This document shows, piece by piece, positions 1 to 9,602 of a DNA stretch of 64,000 bases. Source of the stretch: a virus (taxonomy: Duplodnaviria; Caudoviricetes); IMG/VR virus record IMGVR_UViG_3300030330_006019, positions 32,001-96,000 of that record; one strand, given 5' to 3'. The translations under genes and the position numbers were made by a program. Below the pieces are notes generated by a model. It did not search any database. It had not been told where the DNA came from and was given only the letters and a program-made list of their open reading frames with translations. Every line of letters starts with the position of its first letter. Position 1 is the stretch's first letter.

Positions 1-22
1 AGTAATATAATTAGATTTTTCA

Positions 23-325
23 TTAACAACAAGTTCCTTCACCACCTTTACAAGGTTTACATTTACATGTTGCCCACCATGCCCAACCTACAGTTATTGC
101 TAATAGTCCTAGTGCTAGCCAATTATTAACGCCAAATAAACATCCAGCACCTAATGCTGTAACATATGCACCATAACAATTTACATAACATAAGATTAAA
201 TTATATAGACTTCTATTCTTGTCTATGTTTTCAATAATTTTTTCATCGATAGTTGTTGAATCTAAAACTTTTTTTACAACTTTCTTTGCTGTTTTCTTTA
301 CAGCCTTTTTTACTTTTTTTGCCAT
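23..325 (-). CDS. Small membrane protein with Lys-rich N-terminus and Cys-rich C-terminus
   Basis: Basic AKKVKK-type N-terminus, two hydrophobic segments, CKCKPC...CC tail; AGGA upstream. Confidence 0.6.
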   Translation of the reverse strand: MAKKVKKAVKKTAKKVVKKVLDSTTIDEKIIENIDKNRSLYNLILCYVNCYGAYVTALGAGCLFGVNNWLALGLLAITVGWAWWATCKCKPCKGGEGTCC

Positions 326-330
326 TTCTT

Positions 331-720
331 TTATCCTTTGAATACTTGTTTTTTGCCGCCGTGATACTCGTAAGCATGTCCTTCGGCTTTAAGTTGTTCA
401 TTTATATTATATTGCTTACCTTCACTATCCATTATAAAAATCTCACCAAGTACTCTACCATATTTACCAACACCGTAAGATTTTAATCTGAAATATCCAG
501 GCTTGCTGGATACTTCATTTAATAGTTGTTTATTTCTAGCCTTTGCAGCTAATCCTTTTTTCTTTTCATCCAGGTCTCGAGTTCTACTTTCCCAAGTATC
601 AATTCCCATATATCTGATTCTTTTCTTAACCCATATATCAAAACCTACATCGATAAGAGCATCAATAGTATCACCATCAACCACTCTATCTAATTTTGCC
701 CTGTAGATATACTTATCCAT
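331..720 (-). CDS. Thermonuclease (SNase-like) family protein
   Basis: RVVDGDT, RIRYMGIDTWESR and GKYGRVLG motifs of the staphylococcal nuclease fold. Confidence 0.85.
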   Translation of the reverse strand: MDKYIYRAKLDRVVDGDTIDALIDVGFDIWVKKRIRYMGIDTWESRTRDLDEKKKGLAAKARNKQLLNEVSSKPGYFRLKSYGVGKYGRVLGEIFIMDSEGKQYNINEQLKAEGHAYEYHGGKKQVFKG

Positions 721-1196
721 TAAAATGCAGCTCGTCTAATTCTATCCATTAAAAATTCTAGAATTTCATCATTTTCAAATCCTTCATCATACAAATCTTT
801 TTGTATAATTTTTGCACCAATAATGACTTGTTTCATTGCTTTCATATTATGAAGTCCGTCCATTCTTTTTGCAGTTGCAAGATTTAATCTTTCATCAACA
901 GATTCTCTTTTAGGTCCATGCTTTTTATATATATCTTTGAACTCCTTTTTAGCTTTAGGAGATAAATATCTTTCGATACCAAATGCATTAGCTGGTCCAA
1001 TCAATGAAGCTATTCTACCTCTTAAGATTTGCTTACTATATTTTCTACCATAGGGAGACCTCATAATAAAATCCATCATACCCTGAGCTAAATCTTTTGA
1101 CATCTTGATTCCTTCAATAGAAGTTGTTCTTCCTTTGATTACATCTGTCAATCCAGCCTTTGTAGATATTTCATTTATAATGTTTCTTAATTTCAT
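720..1196 (-). CDS. Hypothetical protein, possible internal head protein
   Basis: N-terminus MKLRNIINE shared in pattern with two neighbours; tightly packed ORF. Confidence 0.55.
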   Translation of the reverse strand: MKLRNIINEISTKAGLTDVIKGRTTSIEGIKMSKDLAQGMMDFIMRSPYGRKYSKQILRGRIASLIGPANAFGIERYLSPKAKKEFKDIYKKHGPKRESVDERLNLATAKRMDGLHNMKAMKQVIIGAKIIQKDLYDEGFENDEILEFLMDRIRRAAF

Positions 1197-1198
1197 GA

Positions 1199-1438
1199 TT
1201 ATCCTCCTATCTTTGCATATGTATGCATATCTGCTAGAGCTTTAAGTGCTTTCTTTTTAGCCTTTTCAAATTCTTTTCCATATCTTCCTGAACCACCACC
1301 TTTTTGAGCAAGGTTTGCCATTTGAAATATTTTTTTAATATTTTCAGCTTCTGGGTTCTTTCTCATTTTAGGTGCAGCTTCATTTGTTTCCTTTTCAGGT
1401 GAAAAAGCTTTTTGCGATATTATTGTTTTTAATTTCAT
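1199..1438 (-). CDS. Hypothetical basic protein, possible internal head protein
   Basis: N-terminus MKLKTII; coupled stop/start with neighbour. Confidence 0.55.
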   Translation of the reverse strand: MKLKTIISQKAFSPEKETNEAAPKMRKNPEAENIKKIFQMANLAQKGGGSGRYGKEFEKAKKKALKALADMHTYAKIGG

Positions 1439-1785
1439 TATTTCTCTCCTACGATTCTAGACATTAATTTTGGATAACCTGAAACTACTAGTAAATTCTT
1501 AAGCATTTTTTGTAATACTGTTTTATCAGAACCTTCAGCCGTTTTAAGTTCATGTTTTATATGATTGACAAATGCTTTACAGTTAGACTCAAATTCTTTT
1601 GCAAATTGTCTGTCCATTTCAGCTTCTGTTAGTTCTTCATTTTGTTTTCTAATTTTTTTACCAGCCTTTACAGCAGCTTTATAAGATTTAGACCGTGGGT
1701 CTGACTTTTCACCACGCTTCTTTTTAGCATGAATGTTTGCCCAAAGACCCTTGTTCTTTTCAGTAATTATGTCTTGTAGTTTCAT
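1438..1785 (-). CDS. Hypothetical basic protein, possible internal head protein
   Basis: N-terminus MKLQDIITE, GLWANIHAKKKRG segment, internal LTE. Confidence 0.55.
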   Translation of the reverse strand: MKLQDIITEKNKGLWANIHAKKKRGEKSDPRSKSYKAAVKAGKKIRKQNEELTEAEMDRQFAKEFESNCKAFVNHIKHELKTAEGSDKTVLQKMLKNLLVVSGYPKLMSRIVGEK

Positions 1786-2390
1786 TATACTATATCTTTT
1801 GATTCAATTAACGTATATGTAAAGTTATTACTCCACTTATCTCTAGCAACTCTACATATATCCAAAAATTCATGCCAATCATCATTAGCTGCAATTACTT
1901 GGCAACCTGCACTCCACTTGTCTACTTGGCTAGATTTTCTTCCTCCCCATTTTGTAGCTCTATGGATATTGATTCCAAATAAACCTGTTTGTGTATTGTT
2001 ATCATCTAGGTCATATTTATCATCACGATTGTTGTCACGATAAACTGTCACTGGTCTATGTTGACCTAATGCTTCATATCTTCCTTGATGTAATCTGATT
2101 TTATGAGAACCTTTATATTGGCCTGGCTTTAATACTGCCACGCCTTCTTTTCTCATTATATTTTCTACCCAGTGTGTTCCTGGGTCTGTTGTACAATCAT
2201 AACAATAAAATTCCCATTCACCTTCACACTTAAATGAAATTGTTATTTTGTCATCGAATTTATTTGTAACTTCGTTACCTGTTTCAGAATTTCTGATTCC
2301 AACAATGTTGACATTATAGTCACCATTTTCAAACCACTTATAGCCTTTTGATTTAACAGCCGCCTCTACCTGTTCTCTTGTGATATTCAT
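1785..2390 (-). CDS. Putative cell-wall enzyme/endolysin with L,D-transpeptidase (YkuD)-like catalytic motif
   Basis: GINIHRA...WSAGCQV gives the Hx(n)SxGC catalytic pair; AGGAG RBS upstream. Confidence 0.6.
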   Translation of the reverse strand: MNITREQVEAAVKSKGYKWFENGDYNVNIVGIRNSETGNEVTNKFDDKITISFKCEGEWEFYCYDCTTDPGTHWVENIMRKEGVAVLKPGQYKGSHKIRLHQGRYEALGQHRPVTVYRDNNRDDKYDLDDNNTQTGLFGINIHRATKWGGRKSSQVDKWSAGCQVIAANDDWHEFLDICRVARDKWSNNFTYTLIESKDIV

Positions 2391-2449
2391 TTGTTTGTTC
2401 TCCTAAAAACATATATTATTATACTAAAATAAATATCAATTCACTGGTA

Positions 2450-2641
2450 TTAAATAAGATTTACAAGGGTTTTATCTATCCAATGTTGCACACCTGATAG
2501 TGTAGAGACCAAAACTTTGTCATTTACAACATTTTCAACTTTCAATATATCTTTAGGATATAATGCACCTTTGTCTGTAGTAACAATTGCAGTGACCTTT
2601 ACACGTTTTCCTATATTATTTCCGCTTATTATACTTGTCAT
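2450..2641 (-). CDS. Small hypothetical protein (beta-rich, SH3/KOW-like)
   Basis: 63-aa ORF in gene-dense context. Confidence 0.5.
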   Translation of the reverse strand: MTSIISGNNIGKRVKVTAIVTTDKGALYPKDILKVENVVNDKVLVSTLSGVQHWIDKTLVNLI

Positions 2642-2885
2642 ATTTTACACCACTTTTTACTAATTCCAAAGCACGTTCTTCAGCATGCTTTTTACTTTTG
2701 AATTTTTCTTCAAGTACATGTTTTCCATGAAATATACAAATGTTAGTTGTTCCACCAACTGTAGATATTTCTCCAGTAGACCTGTTTTTTACCTTTTTAG
2801 GTAATGTAAACTTTTGCCTAATGTCTAAATATCCAATCTTACTTAAATAGCTACCGTATTTCATCTTATTCTTCTGTGTTGACAT
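2616..2885 (-). CDS. Hypothetical protein
   Basis: 89-aa ORF just downstream of an ATATTTAT motif. Confidence 0.55.
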   Translation of the reverse strand: MSTQKNKMKYGSYLSKIGYLDIRQKFTLPKKVKNRSTGEISTVGGTTNICIFHGKHVLEEKFKSKKHAEERALELVKSGVKYDKYNKRK

Positions 2886-2912
2886 ATCATATATAAATAT
2901 ATAAATTAATGG

Positions 2913-3137
2913 TTAAACTCTTACTTTAAGTTCAGCAATTGCCGATAAAAACTCCGAAACACTCATTTTTTTTCCCTTATCAGTTTTTATGACAACTTTA
3001 TGTAATTCATCTGGGTGCTTATCTACCATTTTCATTAAAGCCGTCATACCTTGCTCACCCCAAAAAACTCCAAAGCTATTATCAGTACCTAAACTAATTG
3101 GTTCATCACTATCATATATTAAAAAATACTCTGTCAT
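2913..3137 (-). CDS. Hypothetical protein
   Basis: 74-aa ORF with ATGA overlap to upstream gene. Confidence 0.6.
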   Translation of the reverse strand: MTEYFLIYDSDEPISLGTDNSFGVFWGEQGMTALMKMVDKHPDELHKVVIKTDKGKKMSVSEFLSAIAELKVRV

Positions 3138-3853
3138 TTTTTAGGTCTATACTTTTTTATTAAATCCAATGCTAATGAATCATTATCTTTACTTAAAATA
3201 TCAACATTTGATATTACACAATGTCCACCAATACCACTTTTTGATGGTGGGTATAATTGTGGTCTTACAACGTGAGGCATATCAAGATTCTTATAACCTT
3301 CATTGTATGTTTCTGTCCATTCATCTATAGTATCAAAACCAACACCATATTTTTCACACATCTTATTCATTTCACCATGCCAAGCAATACACAAACCATA
3401 ATAAGTTGTACTTAAAAGTTTTGCCAATTCAGTTGACCTTGAATCTGGCCAAAGAGAATAATTTATTCCTAAAGAATTATAATGTTTAGCAACTTGTTCA
3501 CCTAATGAATAATCATTATGACCTATAAATTTGTAAAATGTTTCAATACCTTGTTTAAGGTTTGGGTGTACACCTCTAACTGGAGAATGCACAGCATTTT
3601 TTATTTTTTCAGTTGTACCTACTGGTACTGTTGAATGAATAATTACAATCTTTGCATTATACTTTTCAACATAATTATTAACCACATCAACAAAATCTGG
3701 TAATTGTCCTGGTATACAAATATCTAAAATGTCTACATTACCAGTTATTTCTCCATCAATATCACGTGTCTGTGGTGTAATATCTTTGGCCCTATACACT
3801 TCATAAAGAGAAGAACCTATTTCACCTAATCCTATTATTGCTATGTTTTTCAT
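3134..3853 (-). CDS. UDP-glucose/GDP-mannose dehydrogenase family protein, short form lacking the C-terminal domain
   Basis: IGLGEIG Rossmann motif, IHSTVPVGTT, ELAKLLSTTY, GIGGHCV catalytic Cys motif; only 239 aa. Confidence 0.8.
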   Translation of the reverse strand: MKNIAIIGLGEIGSSLYEVYRAKDITPQTRDIDGEITGNVDILDICIPGQLPDFVDVVNNYVEKYNAKIVIIHSTVPVGTTEKIKNAVHSPVRGVHPNLKQGIETFYKFIGHNDYSLGEQVAKHYNSLGINYSLWPDSRSTELAKLLSTTYYGLCIAWHGEMNKMCEKYGVGFDTIDEWTETYNEGYKNLDMPHVVRPQLYPPSKSGIGGHCVISNVDILSKDNDSLALDLIKKYRPKK

Positions 3854-4752
3854 ATTCCTAATTCATTACGATAATTTTTTATCCAAGATGGTAAATCACC
3901 AGTTGGATTCCAACCTAAAACATTTCTTGCCTTTGTATTGTCTGCCAAAGTTTCAAATGGCTCAATTCTTTTTTCACCATACTTTACTGGCCTATCAAAC
4001 ATTTTTGCCAATTCATTAACCGAAAAGTTGTCTCCGTTTCCAATATTAAATACATTACCTTCTAACCTATCAGCGTGTAAACCTGCAAGTATATTGGCTT
4101 GGCATACATCACCAACATATGTAAAGTCTCTTCTTTGTTCTCCATCATTTACAATATTTAATTTTTCACCATTTAATGCTTGTTCAGTAAATACTGCAAC
4201 CACAGTTTTGTATGCTCCTTCAAAATTCATTCTTTCACCATATACATTAAAATATCTAAGTGAACATGTATCTAAACCATAAACTTCCGTAAACATTTTA
4301 CAATATTGTTCACCAACAAATTTTTGTAACCCATAAGGTGACAGTGGATTTGTAGGGTCAGTTTCTAGTTGAGGCATTCTTTCTGCATCTCCATAAGCTG
4401 AACTACTTGCACTATATACTACACGTTTTACACCCGCCTTATGTGCAGCAAACAATACATTTAATGTACCTGTAATATTTGCATCATTAAAAGGTAATGG
4501 ATTTTCAATTGATGGTTGTACTCTTGCCAATGCAGCTAAGTGAAAAACAACTTCCACACCTTTCATGGATTCTTCAAGTAATTTAATATCTGAAAACATA
4601 TCACAAAGCACAAACTTTGCTTTTTTATTTATATTTTTTTCATGGCCTGTTGACATATTGTCAATGATTGTTACATCATATCCTCTATCAATTAGTTTAT
4701 CAACTAAATTTGAACCAATGAATCCTGCACCACCCGTTACTAATACTTTCAT
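3850..4752 (-). CDS. NAD-dependent nucleotide-sugar epimerase/dehydratase
   Basis: TGGAGFIGS, HLAA, SSSAYG, YGLQK (YxxxK), LRYFNVYG, RDFTYV. Confidence 0.92.
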   Translation of the reverse strand: MKVLVTGGAGFIGSNLVDKLIDRGYDVTIIDNMSTGHEKNINKKAKFVLCDMFSDIKLLEESMKGVEVVFHLAALARVQPSIENPLPFNDANITGTLNVLFAAHKAGVKRVVYSASSSAYGDAERMPQLETDPTNPLSPYGLQKFVGEQYCKMFTEVYGLDTCSLRYFNVYGERMNFEGAYKTVVAVFTEQALNGEKLNIVNDGEQRRDFTYVGDVCQANILAGLHADRLEGNVFNIGNGDNFSVNELAKMFDRPVKYGEKRIEPFETLADNTKARNVLGWNPTGDLPSWIKNYRNELGI

Positions 4753-5429
4753 ATATTTGCTCCTAATTTTTTATCATACTTCTTTACTTCAGTAGTATTA
4801 TTTGTTCTATTATTTTCATGCATTCTATACTTATACAATGGAACTGGTAAATTGTAAATCTTATATGATTTATTAAATCTACTCAGTAAATCGTGACCTT
4901 CTCTCATCTTAAAGTTTTCATCATAGAAACCTATTTCACATAATGATTCATATGTAAACATTATTCCACAAGCAACAGGTTCTTTTTGAGATGAATGTCT
5001 ACTAAGTACTTCACCTGTTGGTCCAACCTTAAAATAGTCACATGCAACTCCTTGATAAAAAGTATCTTCACCAGATACCTTTGGACTTGCCGATAAATTA
5101 ATATCTAAAAATGTAGATAACATATACAAGAAATCACTTGATACATAATCATCACTATCAACTCTAACAAAATATTTTCCTAATGATGCTGACAATATTT
5201 TATTTAATGATTTAGGCAATCCTAAGTTTTCTTCATTATTGATTAACCTAATATTTATAAAATCCTTAAAGTTATTACAAATATAATCTAATCTTTCACA
5301 AGGGTCATCATTTACTATAACAACTTCAAAATCATCCTTTGGTATTGTTTGGGAAGATAAACTTCGTAAACACCTATGTAACCAATCTTTTTGCTTATAG
5401 CAGCAAATAGCAACTGTTATTTTATACAT
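4749..5429 (-). CDS. Glycosyltransferase family 2
   Basis: FEVVIVNDD, NLGLPKSLN, RVDSDD (DxD); start taken at MYKITV. Confidence 0.85.
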   Translation of the reverse strand: MYKITVAICCYKQKDWLHRCLRSLSSQTIPKDDFEVVIVNDDPCERLDYICNNFKDFINIRLINNEENLGLPKSLNKILSASLGKYFVRVDSDDYVSSDFLYMLSTFLDINLSASPKVSGEDTFYQGVACDYFKVGPTGEVLSRHSSQKEPVACGIMFTYESLCEIGFYDENFKMREGHDLLSRFNKSYKIYNLPVPLYKYRMHENNRTNNTTEVKKYDKKLGANI

Positions 5430-6727
5430 TTTGTTATCAATCCCTTTCTTTCTAATACTTTTGAACAACTTAAAATTTGAGTAAAACTAAAGTTACTTAA
5501 TTTTGCAATATCAAATAATGTATGATGTCCGTCTGAGTAATTCATTATCCACTTATATGCTTTAATATCATTTTCTAATGTTGTTGCACCAATTTTATTA
5601 TATAAACCTCTCTTTCCAAAATTAGGTTCACATCGTAGATTTGATGATAGATACCTATAATCTTTTTCTAATATAACTATAATTTTTGAATAAATGCTAT
5701 AAATTTCATTTAATTTCTTTTCTGATATAAAATCAATGTTATCATCAGAGTTATGATACTCTGAAAATTCACCAGGTGGTGTTCTCATAAGTGTACCTAT
5801 AGGCATATCAAAACCTGGAGAACTAAATTGTCTTTCATCACTACCTAATGGTGAATAATCTCTAATATATGAATAATCATAATCTTCTAAAACATGCTGT
5901 ACTATGTCATCTATAATTGAACCACTTCTTGTCTTTTTATATGTAACAGGTCCATTATCACCTGCACAAGTAGTAACAAAGCCACCAACATATTTACCTA
6001 AATGTTTTTGATTTTCATGTAACCAACATATTGCACCAATAGTTTCTGGAATAAAAATAAATCTATATGTATAGTAATTTTTTGTTTTTTCTAACTTTTT
6101 AATTAATTTAGTATGTATTGCTGGGCCACTTAAATTATCATTGCACATTGATGGGTGACACAAATATGTACTAAATAATATTTCTTCATTAGACTTTCCT
6201 GGAATTACAACTTCACCATAATTAAGATGTCCTGGCTCCAATGTTGAATCAATGTATGCATGGTATTTACAATCAGATTTTTTTATGTCTTTATATTTAC
6301 CAGCCTTTCCAACAATTCCAGCTTGTGTACTTTCATAATCTGCCATTTGTAGTCCTGAACAGAATCCCCAATCTCTCTTATAATATGAAGTTCTATATGG
6401 TATTCTTTTTGGCATAATTCCAACATAAAGTTTTTTATAAAGTTCTTCCCATGATAAGTGTTTATCAACAGGTTCACTATATCCCATAACATGTAAATTA
6501 CTATTATTAAAATCAATGAGTTTATTTCCAAACGGGTCTTTTACCCATGCATCACGAATATTCCATTCATTTGGAACAACCCAGTCAAATACTTTAGTAC
6601 CTGATGGCACTGAATGTATTTTCATTTTAGTATTAAATTTTGATGAAATAATTTTAAGAGACTTTCTCAAACCTTCACCAGTAATACTTCTACATATTGG
6701 ATATAATTCATTAATTAATTTTTTCAT
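5417..6727 (-). CDS. DUF4910-type polysaccharide-biosynthesis protein (M28 aminopeptidase-like domain plus winged HTH)
   Basis: PICRSITGEGLR, TYLCHPSMCNDNLSG, PETIG, GSDERQF, EYHNSDDN, EPNFGKRGLY. Confidence 0.85.
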   Translation of the reverse strand: MKKLINELYPICRSITGEGLRKSLKIISSKFNTKMKIHSVPSGTKVFDWVVPNEWNIRDAWVKDPFGNKLIDFNNSNLHVMGYSEPVDKHLSWEELYKKLYVGIMPKRIPYRTSYYKRDWGFCSGLQMADYESTQAGIVGKAGKYKDIKKSDCKYHAYIDSTLEPGHLNYGEVVIPGKSNEEILFSTYLCHPSMCNDNLSGPAIHTKLIKKLEKTKNYYTYRFIFIPETIGAICWLHENQKHLGKYVGGFVTTCAGDNGPVTYKKTRSGSIIDDIVQHVLEDYDYSYIRDYSPLGSDERQFSSPGFDMPIGTLMRTPPGEFSEYHNSDDNIDFISEKKLNEIYSIYSKIIVILEKDYRYLSSNLRCEPNFGKRGLYNKIGATTLENDIKAYKWIMNYSDGHHTLFDIAKLSNFSFTQILSCSKVLERKGLITKCIK

Positions 6728-6729
6728 TA

Positions 6730-7407
6730 CTACTTCTCAAATATTAAATCCATGCTATTTCTCCAAAATGGAAATTTAACATCAACACCAAAAAGCTTTA
6801 AGTAAAACTTTACATGGTCAACTACAGGATTTGAGTATGGAGAATCAATGTATGGGTATCTTTTTTCAACTAACTTAAATCCAAAGTTTTTCATTGCTTG
6901 CTCCAACCAAATATCAGATGGAATGTAATAATTTGTTTCTGGGTAATCAAGAAATGGAAGAGTTTTCCATAACTTAAAATATAAACTATTTGCATTTGGT
7001 GTTGCTAAGAAAACAACTTTTCCACCCTTCTTTAATGATTCATATGCCTTTTTCATATAAAGAAATGGCGTATCTACATGCTGAATAGTACCTCTAAAAA
7101 CTATAGTTGAAAAATAGTTTTTTGAATTAAAAAGATGTTTATTGAATTTTATACCATTCTTTTTTGCAACACTTTTTGCATGGTCTGAAATCTCCATTCC
7201 ATAATATAACTTTTTTCCAAGTCCCATACCTTTCCAAAATTTAATCATTTCACCAGTTGAACATCCAACATCTAAAAATGCATCCGGGTTTCTATCAATA
7301 TGTTTGATTACAAAATTAAACTCTGATTCAAATGATGCCATTCTCTTATCATCATTTCCGTTTCTATTTTTGAAATAATCTTTATTAAATACTGTATTCA
7401 TTTTCAA
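6730..7407 (-). CDS. Class I SAM-dependent methyltransferase
   Basis: FLDVGCSTG motif I, GMEIS, TIQHV..P, LKKGG. Confidence 0.85.
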   Translation of the reverse strand: MKMNTVFNKDYFKNRNGNDDKRMASFESEFNFVIKHIDRNPDAFLDVGCSTGEMIKFWKGMGLGKKLYYGMEISDHAKSVAKKNGIKFNKHLFNSKNYFSTIVFRGTIQHVDTPFLYMKKAYESLKKGGKVVFLATPNANSLYFKLWKTLPFLDYPETNYYIPSDIWLEQAMKNFGFKLVEKRYPYIDSPYSNPVVDHVKFYLKLFGVDVKFPFWRNSMDLIFEK

Positions 7408-8017
7408 TTGTCTTTATTTGCCCAGTCTTTATTAATAGGTCAAGATAATGCTTTTCTTTTTCTGGGTCATGTTCTTTTCCATCAAATACTCTATCACTTT
7501 TTCTATTATCTTCAAAGTAATGCATATTTTCATGAGTAAAGTAACAATCAAATCCATGAATATAAACTTCATCATAATTATCAATTGCCCACTGAATAGT
7601 TAATAGTCCTGTAGTTGCCCAGGGTCCATTAGGTGACATTTCAATATCCAAAATTGAGTTAATTCTTTCTTCAACATTTTTTTTGATTACTACTGATGGT
7701 AATGATTTCTTAAATGCTTGAAAATCTAATTTAAGATTATCCACTATATGTTCATATTTGAAACCTGGAGTTGATATTACTAGTTTGCCAATATTATTAA
7801 TATCTCTTTGTGTTAAATTATATGGGTCATCCATGTATTCATATACCCATTCATCACTTAGTGACCAAGTATCAACACGCTCGCCAATAAATTCTTCAAA
7901 CCCATCTGTCTTAAATCTATTTACTCTTACAACTTCATCAAATTTAGTGTCTATTATTTTACCAAATTTTTGAGTTAATACTCTTGGTGAGTTTCCTATG
8001 ATAAGTATTTTTTGCAT
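7385..8017 (-). CDS. GT29 sialyltransferase-like glycosyltransferase
   Basis: Sialylmotif L-like IIGNS...IIDTKFDEVVRVN...IGERVD, S-like ATTGLL...VYIHGFD, motif III-like HYFE, VS-like HDPEKE. Confidence 0.8.
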   Translation of the reverse strand: MQKILIIGNSPRVLTQKFGKIIDTKFDEVVRVNRFKTDGFEEFIGERVDTWSLSDEWVYEYMDDPYNLTQRDINNIGKLVISTPGFKYEHIVDNLKLDFQAFKKSLPSVVIKKNVEERINSILDIEMSPNGPWATTGLLTIQWAIDNYDEVYIHGFDCYFTHENMHYFEDNRKSDRVFDGKEHDPEKEKHYLDLLIKTGQIKTIENEYSI

Positions 8018-8898
8018 AACTTTACAATCGACTTTAACGCTTTTGTTTGACTTTCTACAGTTGCACCAGCAACGTGTGGTGTTATAGTTAAATTATCATA
8101 TTGTCCATTTATATTAAATAGTTCAGATTGCTTTAAGTTTTCAATGTTTTGTTCATTACATAAAACATCACAACTATAGAAAATTTTTCCATTTTTAATA
8201 AGTGTACATATATCTTTTTCTTTAACAACTTCTCCTCTAGCAGTATTTACTACAACCACTTTATCTTTTGCTGTTGAAAGAATTCTCTTATCTATCATTC
8301 CTGTAGTCTCATCTGTTAAATAACAGTTTATTGATATTACATCATATTTTGATAAATCCCTTAATGATTCAATATGATTTTTTGATGTGACATCTATATA
8401 TGGGTCATACCAATCAACATTCATTTCAAATGCTTTAGCATACCTCTTTACTTTTCTACCAATTCTTCCTAGACCAATTATCAATATATTTTTACCACTT
8501 AATTCATTTGACCTTAAAAAGTGTTCATTTACAGAATCTCTCCAATCACCAACATATTCAATTGCAAGATTAAACTTTCTAAATGCATTCATTATATGTA
8601 ACCATGTAAATTCTGCTGATGCTGTTATTGATTCTAAACCAATTCTGTCATCTAGTAAACAAAATGTTTTTACATTTCTACTTTCTAAATATTTAGTGTC
8701 AATGTGATTTACTCCAGTTGATGGTGTACCAACAACCTTAAGATTTTCAAATTTACTAAAATAATCTTTACCTAGATATTGTTCAGTACCAGGATTTACT
8801 ATAAGACATTCTGGATTTTGAGATTCTCTTATATTGTTGTCTTTCATAAAATCTTTCAAATATAAAAAATCAGTAGGACAATCTATTCTTACTTTCAT
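7996..8898 (-). CDS. D-isomer-specific 2-hydroxyacid dehydrogenase
   Basis: STGVNHID, IIGLGRIG, VNTARGEVV, TPHVAGAT. Confidence 0.9.
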   Translation of the reverse strand: MKVRIDCPTDFLYLKDFMKDNNIRESQNPECLIVNPGTEQYLGKDYFSKFENLKVVGTPSTGVNHIDTKYLESRNVKTFCLLDDRIGLESITASAEFTWLHIMNAFRKFNLAIEYVGDWRDSVNEHFLRSNELSGKNILIIGLGRIGRKVKRYAKAFEMNVDWYDPYIDVTSKNHIESLRDLSKYDVISINCYLTDETTGMIDKRILSTAKDKVVVVNTARGEVVKEKDICTLIKNGKIFYSCDVLCNEQNIENLKQSELFNINGQYDNLTITPHVAGATVESQTKALKSIVKLCKKYLS

Positions 8899-9602
8899 TA
8901 TTTATTCCCTAAAATTATTTCTGCAAGTTTTAAGTCATGCATGGTATCAACATTTATTGATGAGTCATCATCCATAACAAAGGCATAACATTTTTTACCA
9001 TGTCTTGAAAAATCATTAACTATACAATCACGAGTCATTGCATATATTGCACCATTTCTTATATAGCATGGTTCTAAATCTTGTCGCCTACTACCTTCAC
9101 CTTCTGGAAACTCTTTACAAAAATCATGTAAAAGTCCGTCAACTATTCTTTTCATTCTAACTGGATGTTTGTCTTGCATTTGGGCAACAGATGTAACACT
9201 ATCATAATCATTTGAAACCAATATATTTACAGCATCAAAAATATGTTGACTATTTCTTAGTGGAGATACGCATGGTAGTTCAACAACCCAATCATATGTT
9301 GTATCATAAATTCTTTCACATTCTAATACAGCATGTTTTAACGCATCTCTTGACCAAACAGTATCTCCAGATAATTCTTCTGGCCTTAAAAACGGTATTT
9401 GTGCACCTGCTTTCTCAGCAACATCTGCAATTTCTTTTGAATCTGTACTTACGATATATGGACTAAATAATTTTGTTTTTAGTGCTGCTTCAATAGTATA
9501 TGATATAAGTGGTTTCCCATTTACTGGGTATATGTTCTTTTTTGGTATGCCTTTTGAACCACCACGTGCTAATGTTACACCTAATATATTTTTGTTATTC
9601 AT
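8898..9602 (-). CDS. neuA: CMP-nonulosonic acid synthetase (acylneuraminate cytidylyltransferase)
   Basis: ARGGSKGIPKKN, VSTDS, PFLRPEELSGD, SPLR, RRQDL, RNGAIY. Confidence 0.9.
   Translation of the reverse strand: MNNKNILGVTLARGGSKGIPKKNIYPVNGKPLISYTIEAALKTKLFSPYIVSTDSKEIADVAEKAGAQIPFLRPEELSGDTVWSRDALKHAVLECERIYDTTYDWVVELPCVSPLRNSQHIFDAVNILVSNDYDSVTSVAQMQDKHPVRMKRIVDGLLHDFCKEFPEGEGSRRQDLEPCYIRNGAIYAMTRDCIVNDFSRHGKKCYAFVMDDDSSINVDTMHDLKLAEIILGNK

Noticed and set aside
6283-6531. Nested minus-strand ORFs (6283..6531, also 55328..55516)
   Set aside because: Alternate-frame ORFs inside long conserved genes, with no independent support.
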